NCBI GenBank assembly: GCA_047967505.1
Contig: CM106538.1
Source: Dipteris shenzhenensis
Taxonomy: Eukaryota
Direction: 5' to 3' (one strand)
DNA: 64,000 nt
The notes below the pieces were generated by a model. The model was not told the origin of the DNA, ran no database searches, and saw only the letters and a program-made list of their open reading frames with translations. Position 1 is the stretch's first letter. Each line of letters opens with the position of its first letter. Shown here in pieces: positions 36,394 through 48,331 of the stretch. The position numbers and the translations under genes are program-made.

Positions 36394-39300
36394 CTGTAGG
36401 CCCATCTACTTGGACATTCTACTAGCCCAACAGTTCTTTCCCACGTCTAGCAACAAGTTTAGCCAATACCAATGAAACTAGAACTGTAGTCTCACATGGG
36501 AAGTTCCAAGGACCAAAGATGATCACGAAGAGTGCAAGCAGAGGCAAACAAGAAAGCTTTCTCATCTGAACAGAAGGGTCTATGATGATTTTGGGGTGGC
36601 AACCAATGATGCCACATATACTTGAGCAGTTTGCAACAAGGAAGGGCCGCTTCTCAAAGCTCGTGTTCATAAGGTACTATGAACTCATGTTCATGAGTCA
36701 AGAGGGAAGGGACACCGGCCATAAGGGAGCAACAGGGAAGGAGAATTGAAAGAGGAAATGACATTCACATACGAGGGAGGGAAGGGTGGGATAAAAAGGG
36801 AAGGAAGCTTAAAAGGGGAGACCAAAAGGGGAGGACAACACAGGCAGTTGCGGCCAAGACTATGAACAATACGAAGAAGGCTGGAAGCGTGAGGTTTTGA
36901 GAGGAAGAAGCCGAGACCAACTTGAATGTATTGACCTTACATTAAAGGCCTGGCCCAAAGAAGCAAATTCCTTACCATTAAAGTGCCATTAGATAAGGTT
37001 GAGAATACATGCGGAGGGAGATAGCCATTGCAGGGGATGTAGGTAAGGAGTATCGGATGTAGGTAAGGAGTATAGTCTGTCGTGCTAGGGGAAAGAACCT
37101 AACCTCCTTTCCTACAAGAGATAAAAGGGTTTTGGAGCCATGTCCCAAAGTAAATTAATGTAGGGGTATCCAAGGGGTAAGTTCCTCATTTTCATTTAAA
37201 GGCATTACCCTTGGCTAACCTTGACTAAGTTTGCCTTATGTAGTACTAGGGAGGGATAGGCCTTAAGTTAGAGTAGAGTAATAAGAGGGCTCTTTCATGA
37301 GAGGAGTAGGCCCTCTTGAAAGAGCCCTTTCAAGAGGGATCTTTCATGAGGAGTAGGTTAAATTAGGGGTCAATTTAGCTATCTAAAGGTAACTATGTTA
37401 GCATAGTTCTCTTAGTCAATTAGCTAGCACCAAGGCCAAGAGACATGACCAAGAAGGCTCATTCAAAAGTCAACAAGAAGAAAAGCATGCCAAGGGGGTG
37501 ATTATCCTACTTTCATATGCCTTGAGTCTTGGCATGATGGAGAGGGGTTTCCAAGTGGGATGTTGAGAAAGTACCATGAAGAGGACTATTGTAAATGAAG
37601 GGTATATTTAGGTGTTAGGGGTCATGGGAACCAGGTCACTTGAATGAATGAAAGAAAGAGGAGGCTAATGGGCCTTTAAAAGCAGCCTTTCATGATAATA
37701 AACAGGACACAAATGCAAAGGATCAATTAGTAGAATGTGCATTTCCTATACCGGATCATGTGTGCATATATGGTTAAGAAAATGTATGTGTGTGTGTACG
37801 TGCATCCGTGCGTGCATGCGTGTGTGTGTGTGTGTTGGGGGGGGGGTAGGGGTTTGCCTCGAGACACGAGACACGAATCTTCTTGGGCATTCTTCAGCAG
37901 AGATTGCAATTGAGATTCCCTCAAGCTTCTTCTGGCAAGCTTTTCTGGCTATTTGGGATCTATCCTTGACGGCTGGATTTTGAGCTATTTTTACCTGGGT
38001 TCGCTACTGGGCACTCTAGATTCTCTGGAAACATAGAAATCATAGTCTTTGGTGATCCACTTTTCTCTCCTTTTGTTTTTTTCCTTCGATCTTTGCAGCA
38101 ATCACTTTTCGATTGTTTGCAAACGCGATGCATAGATCGTGATGTATATTGGTCTTACATGGAGATTATCTCTTGATGTCTACTTTTAGCTTACCTGTTT
38201 TTTGGGTTGGCTCTCTTGTAATATAAAGTTCTCAAAAGTTCACCAAAAAAAGAAAGAAAAAAAAGTGTGTGTGTGTGTACTTACTTTTACACCCAAAAAA
38301 AGATCTCTGTGTGATTGAAAAAGAATCCCAACTGAATGGACCACTAATATAAAATACATTGATATGAATTATTTTTTAAAGTTAAATGCAAGACTAATAG
38401 TCAAAAAATTTGAACATGTCTTTGCCAAAATTCCTTGAAACTCCAACCATCTCCACTCACCACCATCCAAAAGAGAAACTTAGTAACCCACTAAACCCAG
38501 ATGGGAAGACAGGCTTCGACATGGAGATGGACTTGTTATCATTGTCCAGAGAAAACTGAAAGAAATCACGAAGAGATATTAAACACATCATAGAGATCAT
38601 CTCCAAATGGAGATTGAAACACATACACCAATTTGGGAAAAGAAATTTTCCAAGTATCATAGTATGATCAAAGGTATTTTCGTTTCAAGCATCAATCCCA
38701 TTACATGTACAACCAATAATGTGTAGAGCAACATTAACACTAGAAACTTTATAAAGCCAATAGTATAACCATATACTACCAACATAGGATAGGTTTTTTT
38801 AATTAAGGCTTTATAAAAAAGGCATATAAGCCTTGTAAAACGATAAAAAGACGAAATTTATATTCTACCCCCAAAAGTCAAGAAAGTTGTTTTTAATAAT
38901 TAAAAACACACAAAACCTTGGCATAAGCCCTAGAAACCAGAATGTTACCACCATTCTTGCCATATTTAGAGTCTTTTAATACCAAAATAACTCACTTTTA
39001 TCCCCCGAAATGAACCTAATGCCTTGTCTTATAAGAGAAAACCTTAACTATAATCACGAGTTCATGCACAAGGAGACATGTAAGGAATGCATAATCCCAA
39101 ACTTGTAGCTTATAAAGACCACCCAAGCATAGAAGTGACGTAGAAGTATAGTGACTATCTCCATTGATTCCTCGTACATCGCTCAAGAGTATCATCCACT
39201 TGGTGCAAGATATGTATGTTCAAGGCATCCTCAATCCCAGAACGTAGGCACACTAGCCGTTAAGAAGATAATCACAAGTGAAGGTTCTTGTGATTATAAG

Positions 39301-42300
39301 TTGTTTGCTAATGGGTTCATGAGCTCAAATATAAAAGTTTACAAGAGAGACCGTACTGCATTGGACGGTGACAACATGCAACATTTCAGTTTTGAACGCA
39401 TACAAAAAGCGTTGTCATAGAAATGGTGGTGTGTTATCCCATAAACAATGTTTTGCATAGCATAAACGTTGTCAGGTTGTCGATATGGCAGAATACTTGT
39501 CCAGAGTAGTAGATAGGCCCATATGCGTGGATGTGTGAGTTTATAGTGGGACAACGAAAAGTAGTTTACACTTGGCTCACAGAAAAAATTATGGATCTCT
39601 GGGTACCGGTCTAAGAGATAAGGCTGCCCCCCTTGTCGTGATAATTCTAGACTGTATATCTACGGGTCCAAAGAGACTTGGTGCCACCCTTGTAGGCGCA
39701 AACCGTGATAATTCTAGACTGTATATCTAGGGGTCCAAAGAGAGAATTTAAGTAGGTGCAGGGGGTGGACTTTGCGCATAAAATTCAAGGCGCATGCCAA
39801 GAGGATCATTTGGTGGGATGATAGCATTGATCAAAGTGGAGGACTAGTACAATGGAATGGCCATCATGGGAGCTAGCAAAGCACCGGTCAAGCAAGAGAT
39901 CACTACATGGAGAATTCCAAGTAGTGTGAATCAAAGAGATGAATGCTATAAGATGGACATTACAGGGTTGCTTATATTGTGAGTCAATCAAGAATGATGT
40001 GAGCAAAGAAGCTAGCAAGTTGCAATCGAAAAAAAAGCATCTTCTATAAGCCAATCCAAGGATAAAAGACGCTTCATACATCACGGATGCTTCCAAGTTA
40101 GGACATATATGTAACGGCTGAACAATTCAAGCTAAAAACATACCTTATAATCTAGTAACGTTTTGATCTGACCACTAGACGCAGTTTCTCTCCGTAAGTC
40201 TAATCCTAACGACTTAGTCGTCGAGGGATTGCCATGGTTACTTAGTGTGATTTGGAACCATTCCTCTTCCCATTCCATCTCGACTTTTCACACAACTGTC
40301 TATTGGTATTCCAAAAGAGCCCAATCACTTTAGATTCCCATTCAATCGTGGAGCTTTTAACTATAATTTTCTCCTCACAAACTTACTTTATCAACTTATA
40401 GGTATGGGAATAATTTTGCTAACCCATGTATATAAGACTCAATTATTTTAATCAATCTCAAGTCTTCATGGGACTTAGGGGACCTCCCTAGGGAGTTGTT
40501 AAAGATATATCTCTTACCACTTGGTCCAGTTGTTAACCCCATTCAGAACTAAACTGAATCGGGGAGTCTTGATTCAGGAAGTTCAAATTCCTCAATTATC
40601 CTTCCATGATTTGGCGGTAAAAATACTTTAGCTAGCACAATTTCCAAAATACGACTTTAAAAAAAAAACCACCCTTGATACGAATTCTCAAGGATTTGTG
40701 TGCATGAGCGTGTGCGTGCAAATAAATAGTTATTGGGTCACCATTGATAACCATGTGATTACAACCTTTTACACATGAATATCGGATGTGCCTAAGTCTT
40801 AACATTGAGATATATCACAACCCACTACGTGGGGGTTGCATTATCTCTTACACATTTCCACCACGACATATCCAAATCCACACATGATCTACCCATCTAT
40901 GTATCTCTCAACACTTGCAAATTTAAACTAGCACCCAAATTTCTTGTCAAGAAAACATTGAAAGTAGCAGCCCACTTAAACTCAGTCTAGATTCTGCACA
41001 TACTGCAATACATTGCTTTGATGTGCATACAAAGTTGATCATGCATACCCCTTACAAATGCGTATACAGTGCCTATGCCATGCTCACAATAAACCTTGAT
41101 GGCAGATTGAAGGGAAGACTAGTTATACTCTCAAAAGAACAAAACCAAAAAAAGCACATCCATATATTTTGCACTTCATCCACAAAATGGGCACATCCAT
41201 ATATTTTGCACTTCATCCAAAAAATGGTTGGTCAAATTCCTTCATTCATATCCAAAAGCTCAATCAAGCTCATGCAAGCTAGCATGCAATGTATTAAGTG
41301 ATTTTCTCATAAATGCACATGCCTTACTTTTCTTGATCTTTTGAACCCTAAATCCTCAACTCAATCATTTTTAAAACATATATTCTCTATAGCCTCTCTA
41401 CGCATGTATTGTTAGAATACATAATCTCACAAAAGTGAGCCTCATAACATCTCTATGCATGTCTCAGCCACATCATCAATTTACTACTCTTATACTATTT
41501 CCATATCCTTGCAAAAAAAGAAAACAACATGATGACTTTCTCACCCCTCATTCTCCAAAGATGAAGAGCAACAATGGGAGGCCTAACGCAGTCACCAAAG
41601 AGAGTATAATGCTCCTCACCCCTCTTGGTCCAAAGATTAGAAAGAGAAGCCATGCTATGTTAAATCTCTCTAAACAAACATACAAATATACTTAAAGGAC
41701 AACCATTACATCAAGTTTCTTGCCCCTCTTGGTCCAAAAGAAAGGCTTCAAGACCAGAGAGCTGTAACAGCAGTAAAGATACCCAACGGGGAGGATCAGG
41801 TCATCAAAGTAATAGGCAACAGGGAGTGTCAATCAGAAAATTAAGAGGCAATTTAGAAAGAAGAGTAAAAATGAAATTCACAAATAGCTCAATTTATACA
41901 ATTGGTGATGCCATAGCACCTATGAACCCAATTGTATAAAAAAGTCAGCATAAAAAGGTCCTCAGGCTCTTGTATTTCATTGAAACGTGTTCAGAAAAAG
42001 GCTTAAAGAAGATGGGAGGACTGGAAAAGTCATCAGTTATTCCTTAAAACTTGCAAACACGTCCAAGCCATAAATGGCTTAAGCAGAGCACATATGTTAT
42101 CCTTAGATCTGAGTGCAAGATGAGACTATGAAATATGCCACATGTACCAAAAACGAAGTCAGTACTACGCTATCTCAAAATCAGCAGCTAAAAATGGGAT
42201 GCTTCATGGCAGTACAAATTTCAAAATCTGACAGCAGTACCTAGTCTCAGACTGGTTATTTTGCAGCATCACAAACCTACACAGGGACAAAGTAAACTCT

Positions 42301-42463
42301 TTTGACATTGAGAGCTTGTAAGAATGCTCACAAACACTAGAAGTACAGGAGGGGAATTCACTCACCCCCCCCTACCAAGACTTTAGCCTCTCATCAATCA
42401 CAACCCCACACATTCTGTCGTACTAGCAGACACATTCATGCGTCCAGCCTATTAAACTCATTC

Positions 42464-42464
<1 letters not shown>

Positions 42465-42516
<52 letters not shown>
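42465..42516. repeat. (AT)n(AG)n microsatellite
   Basis: Directly visible. Confidence 0.95.
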
Positions 42517-42519
<3 letters not shown>

Positions 42520-43371
42520 ATCCAGGGACATCCCCAAACTCATCCTCTAAAAACACAACACATAGTGCAAATCATGAAAACCATTAACTCCATCATGCAT
42601 CGCAGGGCTAGCAGCAGCGCCCAATGGTGGGTGTAGAACATAGTATAAACATATGCTCTTACATATACATATCCACACACCCACACATACTTGAGCATCC
42701 ATCCAAAGGTCCACCTACAGAGGAAAGGGTAGGCGGAGTTAGCCGTGACAAAGGCCCTTAATAAATGCTCACAATAAACACAACGTTCACCATCTAATCA
42801 ATCACAACCCCTCTTACTGGCCAAAAATGTTTAAACTGTCTGGGCCTACTCGAGCCAGATATTTGAACCATGCTTCATGATAGAACCATTACTCAACAAC
42901 TTTGCTCACCCATAGACTTTCTTACAATCTCTCAGAAACTTGCAAAAAACATTGTGCCATACTCACCACGTAAACAAAGAGTTATCAACGAACTGTGAAG
43001 ATGCTCAACTCCCTTGATGAAAGAAAGCATCTCAACTACAACGGACTTAAATATTAGGAGCCACGAAATGCAATAATAAATATTATTTAATATTAGGAGT
43101 CAGGATCATGCAAATAAGAAATGCCATATCCAACGCTCAAAGCACAGCATTCTTCATTTCAAGTTCGCCCCTCCATGCCTAACCGTCTTAATAAATGCTG
43201 TATCATGGGGATACGCTTCATCACATTGGAAAAGAAATCAGATGGGTTTCTCGAAATCTATACACCTCGAGAAGATTGAGAGCAGTGGTGGGTGACATTC
43301 GACCACCTATGTTTAATTTTGGCCTGGCAAAACATCTTACGCTAATATCAAACACAATCCCGACTAAAACT

Positions 43372-43453
43372 CTACAGTTTTGCTGGTTTTGGGAAAATGT
43401 CTGGAGTAAATTTTTGAGCTGCACTCATGCTGCCTTTGATTTTCATCTTGCCC
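43372..43453 (-). CDS. SCP2: sterol carrier protein 2, exon 4 (terminal)
   Basis: Acceptor ttttgcag|G; encodes (R)GKMKIKGSMSAAQKFTPDIFPKPAKL* with C-terminal PTS1 AKL. Confidence 0.96.
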
Positions 43454-43553
43454 CTGCAAAATGCGCATCCAGATTATTAAATATGCATATTTGGCAAGCG
43501 CAGAAGATTCGAAAAACCTCACTGTTGAAAGGGAGTATGATTAATGTAGTCAC

Positions 43554-43653
43554 CTGATGAAAGCCATCTGAGGATTCATCTTCCCCGTAGAGACGGCAAG
43601 GAAGTCGTCGTCAACAAAGGAGAAAGTTGCGTCCGGCTTGCCCTCATATGGCC
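43554..43653 (-). CDS. SCP2: sterol carrier protein 2, exon 3
   Basis: Bounded by tag|GG and AG|gt; encodes (G)PYEGKPDATFSFVDDDFLAVSTGKMNPQMAFI(R). Confidence 0.96.
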
Positions 43654-43738
43654 CTATTACCCATATAAGAGTTCAGGCAACACTAAACCATGGCAAATTT
43701 TGAGCTATAAAAATTTCTAGATAATATCGAAACATTAC

Positions 43739-43799
43739 CCTTCAAAACTTTGCACGTCTTAAGGTCGACAACAAAAGTTTCCTCGTCCTTTCCCAGCTT
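43739..43799 (-). CDS. SCP2: sterol carrier protein 2, exon 2
   Basis: Bounded by cag|AAG and G|gtaat; encodes KLGKDEETFVVDLKTCKVLK(G). Confidence 0.95.
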
Positions 43800-44143
43800 C
43801 TGTGCGAAACCAATGCTAAGGCTGAGAAACAAAAGCACATACCACCTATTTCTGTATTGAGTTACCATTGACTATTTCAAGCAGTTTTACATAATCGTTG
43901 ATGTATTCCCTTATTACAAGTAAAACTCGTAACTTTAAATCCTACACGTAAACCAGTTCAAGAAATTACGAGTCCAGCAACCTATGAAATCCGAAATTCC
44001 CCAGCTCAAGACGAATCAATGAGCAAGACGGCCTGCAGAGTAAAGGTCGAATGCCGCCTGAACACGTTTGATTTTACCGCTTATCATTCCAAAGCAAGGG
44101 GCATAGGCGGGCCAAAAAACTGAAGGCAAGCTGACAATCAAAC

Positions 44144-44290
44144 CTTGGGAGCGATGTTGATTTGGTAAACGAGGCCAATCTTTTTCTGAAGCTCCGTGCC
44201 GGCATCAGAAGCGAGGTGCTGGCGCATTTGTTGGAGGAGGGAGGCAGATTTAAGCTGGGAATCGATGGTCTGCTGTTGTTCTGGAGCCAT
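44144..44290 (-). CDS. SCP2: sterol carrier protein 2, exon 1
   Basis: ATG in gccATGGC context; encodes MAPEQQQTIDSQLKSASLLQQMRQHLASDAGTELQKKIGLVYQINIAPK; donor AAG|gt. The four exons total 390 nt = 129 aa plus stop. Confidence 0.95.
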
Positions 44291-45049
44291 GGCCTTTGGA
44301 TTCTTGGAAGGGATGAAGAAGATGAAGAAGATGAACGAAGTTTTGAGAGCTTGTAGAAGAAGCAAACACACAAGTCGGTAGCCAACCTTAGTTAGGCGGC
44401 CTACTCCGTCATCAATGCAATTGATCTCTAATTAGAAACAAGTACTTTTTAAACCCTCCTCCTCTAGATGCTCTTACTCGCTCTTCTTGCTCTTGACTGA
44501 GTGAGTGTGTGTGTGTGTGTGTGTGTGTGTAGGACAGGTTCAAACCACCCGCCCGGACGCGCTGCAAAAAAAGTATGAAGGTTCGAACGCCTGCGTGAAT
44601 CGATGGATGAAGGGGGCAGGCAGTAAAAGTCGCCCTAGGTGGTTGGGCGGCCTTGAAAAATGGCGCGACGTGGCATTATTGGGGGTCCAACCCTTATCAG
44701 CAAAGTTCGAGGCGATTCACTTCAAGCCAATCAACTTCTGTTGACATTAATTGGCAGCACTTATTTAAGAAGTGTCAACCCATGGTGTGAACAGTGAGAC
44801 CCGGCGTCCATATCCCTCCCCATTTTCTTCGTGGGCAAGCGGGTGGCTTGGTTGTGAACCCAACCATAGTCTCCTCCTCGTCAGTATTTCTGACGCACTC
44901 TTGGTGAGCAAACTTGTTGGTTACGGGGCTGACTCCTGCTGTTGGGCGTGTTGAGTTCGATTCCTAGGATCAACGTTTGATGACCCCGACAAGGTCTTGC
45001 CTTGTGGCCTGACATTTAAAAATTACTTCTTCTTCTTCACCTCTTCTAC

Positions 45050-45975
45050 AAACTTTTTTCTCCCTCACACACACATGGCCAGTTACCAGGGGCACATCTA
45101 CGGTGGCTAGTAGGGTATCCCTAAGGACCCAAATGCAAGCAACCAATTGAGATATCACTCTATTCCCTCTACAAGTTAAGGACTAGTAGTTAAGGGTTTT
45201 AATGGAAGTGTGCATTCGCATTGGCATTCAAGGGGTCCTACTAATGTTAAATCTCTTAATTACTTGTTAAAGATGCCTGAAATTTTAATCCCCATGAAAT
45301 AGGACTTTTTGTGAAGAGAAATATGTACTTTCGGTGGCCCACTTCGCCATCAATGACCCTCTTCCAATTGATCTCTAATTAGAAAGGAGCATCAAAACAA
45401 TCACTTCTTTTAACCTCCTCCCTAGATAAGAGCCTATTCCCTCTACAAGTCCCCCCCCCCTTGCTAAGGGTCTATGGAATCATGGGTGATATTTTTACTA
45501 ATTTGTGCTAATGCACTCGTTTCCTTTTCTTTTTTGACCCACTTTAAAAAGTGGTTAATGAATAATGGTTTGTTAAGTGTTAATCATTTTTAAGCATTTA
45601 AGTGGCAACTCAACAACTCTTACTTTCATTCAAAGTAAGGCCATAGTGATTTTGCCACCTTGTTTCCCGCTCACATACACATGGCCAACTACAAGGGGCA
45701 CATCCACCCATGGCCTATGCTAACAGGCATCAAGGGGGATTTGAATGCGAGTAGCTAGCTGAGGTGGTTGAATGCCTAACCCCTAAGCTACGGCTACTCC
45801 ACTCTATTCCCTCTATAAGTTAAGAACTAATAGCTATAGATTTTATTGAAAGTGTGCTTCACATTCGAATTCAACGGGGTCTACTAAATTATTTATGTTA
45901 GTTGTATATTAAAGATGCTTGAAAATTTAACACCCATGAAATAGGTACTTAGAGACCTTTTGTGAAGGGAAATAA
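45050..45975. repeat. degenerate direct repeat upstream of SCP2
   Basis: 45066-45322 (cacatggcc...ggggcacatc...cactctattccctct.aagttaag...aaagatgc.tgaaa.tttaa..cccatgaaatagg) recurs at ~45675-45972. Confidence 0.75.
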
Positions 45976-46076
45976 TTGAAACATGTAAAATAAGGATTTA
46001 ATTTTAACATTGGAAAAAATTCTACTTTACTTATTATTTTTGTTAAGAAATTTTTAGGGTCAAGACTAAATCAAAA

Positions 46077-46410
46077 CTAGACAACATGGGTACTCACTAG
46101 CATGACATCTTGCACATTCTGCTTGATCAGACGATAGGCATACTTGTCTTTCTTATCCCATTCTGCCTGAGCTCGGGCAATGGCAAGATCTACTACAGGT
46201 GCGGAAACTGTTTGTGTAGCTGTAGATCCCGTTGCTGGTGCTGTGACAATAGGTGGAGCAGAGCTACTGGTGGCTGGATCATCCAATGGTCTAGGTGTAG
46301 ACCCATCGACATACTCCCATTTGTCCTGAAGTACAAGAATGGTCTCTATTCAGTATTTCCATGTACCGTGATTGGAGTTGTCTAACTTAGCAGATGCCTC
46401 CAAATTGAGG
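46077..46410 (-). mobile_element. Copia gag N-terminal fragment
   Basis: KLDNSNHGTWKY-IETILVLQDKWEYVDG...AEWDKKDKYAYRLIKQNVQD. Confidence 0.8.
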
Positions 46411-47489
46411 TTGCTAGTCGTACACATGGTGCGAGAAATGTACTCAAAAGTGTCGTGACAATCTCTATATGAATCAACTGCAAATACACTGACTATGCCA
46501 AGTGTAATCTCTGAACCATCGGTGAAGATAGAACTGCAATATATAAAATCTAATCAGTATTACAAGGCTTGTGGCAATGATGCCGAGAATAGCCAAGAGA
46601 CTTTACAAGGCTGAAATGATGTGCACAATGCCGTGAGATAGCCATATAGGCTTTACAATGGTGGCATGTGTGTGTGAAATCAAGTGCTATCTGCCCACTG
46701 AAACAATCTGCAATGCCTTTGTACTCTCTGAAGTCTACTCACTGAACTAATGAACATAAGGTTTTAGGTAATGTAATGATGTGAAACCGTATGTGAGTGT
46801 ATGGACTGACTCCGAGTAGGTACTAGTCGGGAATTTCGGGCATAGCTTAGATTGGCAACTTGGAAAAATTCAAAGCATCCCCTCTATGGCGATCTAGTCT
46901 ACTCTAATCTAGCTCTATACCAACCATCAATCGATGAAAGAATAGCAAATAATTCATTTTCTTTTGTTCTTTTTAAGTGCTGGGTCAGATGCGTTGATGT
47001 AGAGGCGAATGTGCGTGAAGAAAGTGGTTTTGTCGGCAAGGCTCAAATGTGAGTGTAACTTGCATCAAAATGTACGCATGATGTGACGAGCGCATAAAGC
47101 ACAAAAAATCGAGCGACTTTCCTTTTTGGAGCGCCCTCAAATTCTTCCTGGATCAAGAGATACGACTTGATCTAGGTGGAGGGGCAAAAGGAGTGCAAAT
47201 GGTGCTCAATGATGATGTGTCACTATGGGTCACATGCAGTGATGATGTGGCACTGTGCCTAGCAAGAGGTGTGCCAGTGGAGCCCTGTGCTGAGGTGGCA
47301 GGAGTGGTCACACGCAGTGATTGTGGAGCACTGTGTGCCTGCAGAGGTCCAATGTGACACGTGGCACTGGTGATGTGGCAGTTGACTAGGATGCTGAGGT
47401 GGTAGTGTTGACTGGTCAACTATTGATTATGAGGTAGTAGAGTTGATTGTTGACTGGTCAAAGTGATGACATGGCAATGCTAATGTTAC

Positions 47490-47865
47490 TCACTCCCCCT
47501 CACCTCCCTTAGTTCTCTCGACACCTCCTCACACCACACACCCACCCTCTCTCTACCCCCTCACCTCCCTCGCTCCACTCCATTCTCTCCACACCCCTTC
47601 CCCCTCACTCATCTTCTCTCTACCACTCCCTCACCCTCTCGCTATCCCTCCCCCCTCATTCATCCTCTCTCTCCCACGGACCGACCCTCTCTACCCCCTT
47701 ACTCCTCCACTCCATTCTCTCCACACCCCCTCACTCATCCTCTCTCTACCACTCCTTCACCCTCTCTCTATCCCTCCCCCCTCAATCATTCTCTTGCTCC
47801 CACTCACTCACCCCCTCTCTTATCTCCCCCTCACTCCCTCTCACCTCACCCCTTCACCCCCCTGT
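47490..47865. repeat. pyrimidine-rich low-complexity tandem repeat
   Basis: Repeated ccctcactc/ctctctctacc units; a ~140-bp block is duplicated. Confidence 0.85.
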
Positions 47866-48291
47866 GCCCGCTCAATGGTAGCGGCGGTCGATCAACTGTG
47901 ACAGTGCTTGGCGCATGTCTGTTGTAGTAGCACTCGCAATAGTGACACGTTTGATGCTTGCATATAATCGTGGCACAATGGCAATCGCGATGATGCTTAT
48001 AGTGCCCATGCATAGTGGTAGCACCCTAGGTGGCACACAATGCGGCACAATCCCCTAGGTGATGCCCACGGCAATGCACTATATGCCTACCCACAACATA
48101 GTGCCATAGGCAGCATGACACATGCTAGGTTATGTCAGGGACTAATGCCTAAGGCACCTCTGCCGCCACCACCCCCCTTTGCCTCGATTGCCCCTACCTC
48201 ACCATGCCCTAGAATGGTGGCCCCCACCTCGTAAAATAATACGTGCCATGACCTCCACCCAATAGATACCATCCCACGACCATGCAAAAAC

Positions 48292-48331
<40 letters not shown>

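Noticed and set aside
44291-44385. Upstream in-frame extension of SCP2 (MCLLLLQ...) as a signal or transit peptide
   Set aside because: It begins at a non-ATG codon in a CT-rich 5' UTR. The ATG at 44290 has strong context and fits the family length.
44900-44975. tRNA or tRNA-derived SINE suggested by gagttcgattcc (B-box-like)
   Set aside because: No cloverleaf, convincing A box, tail or TSD could be built.
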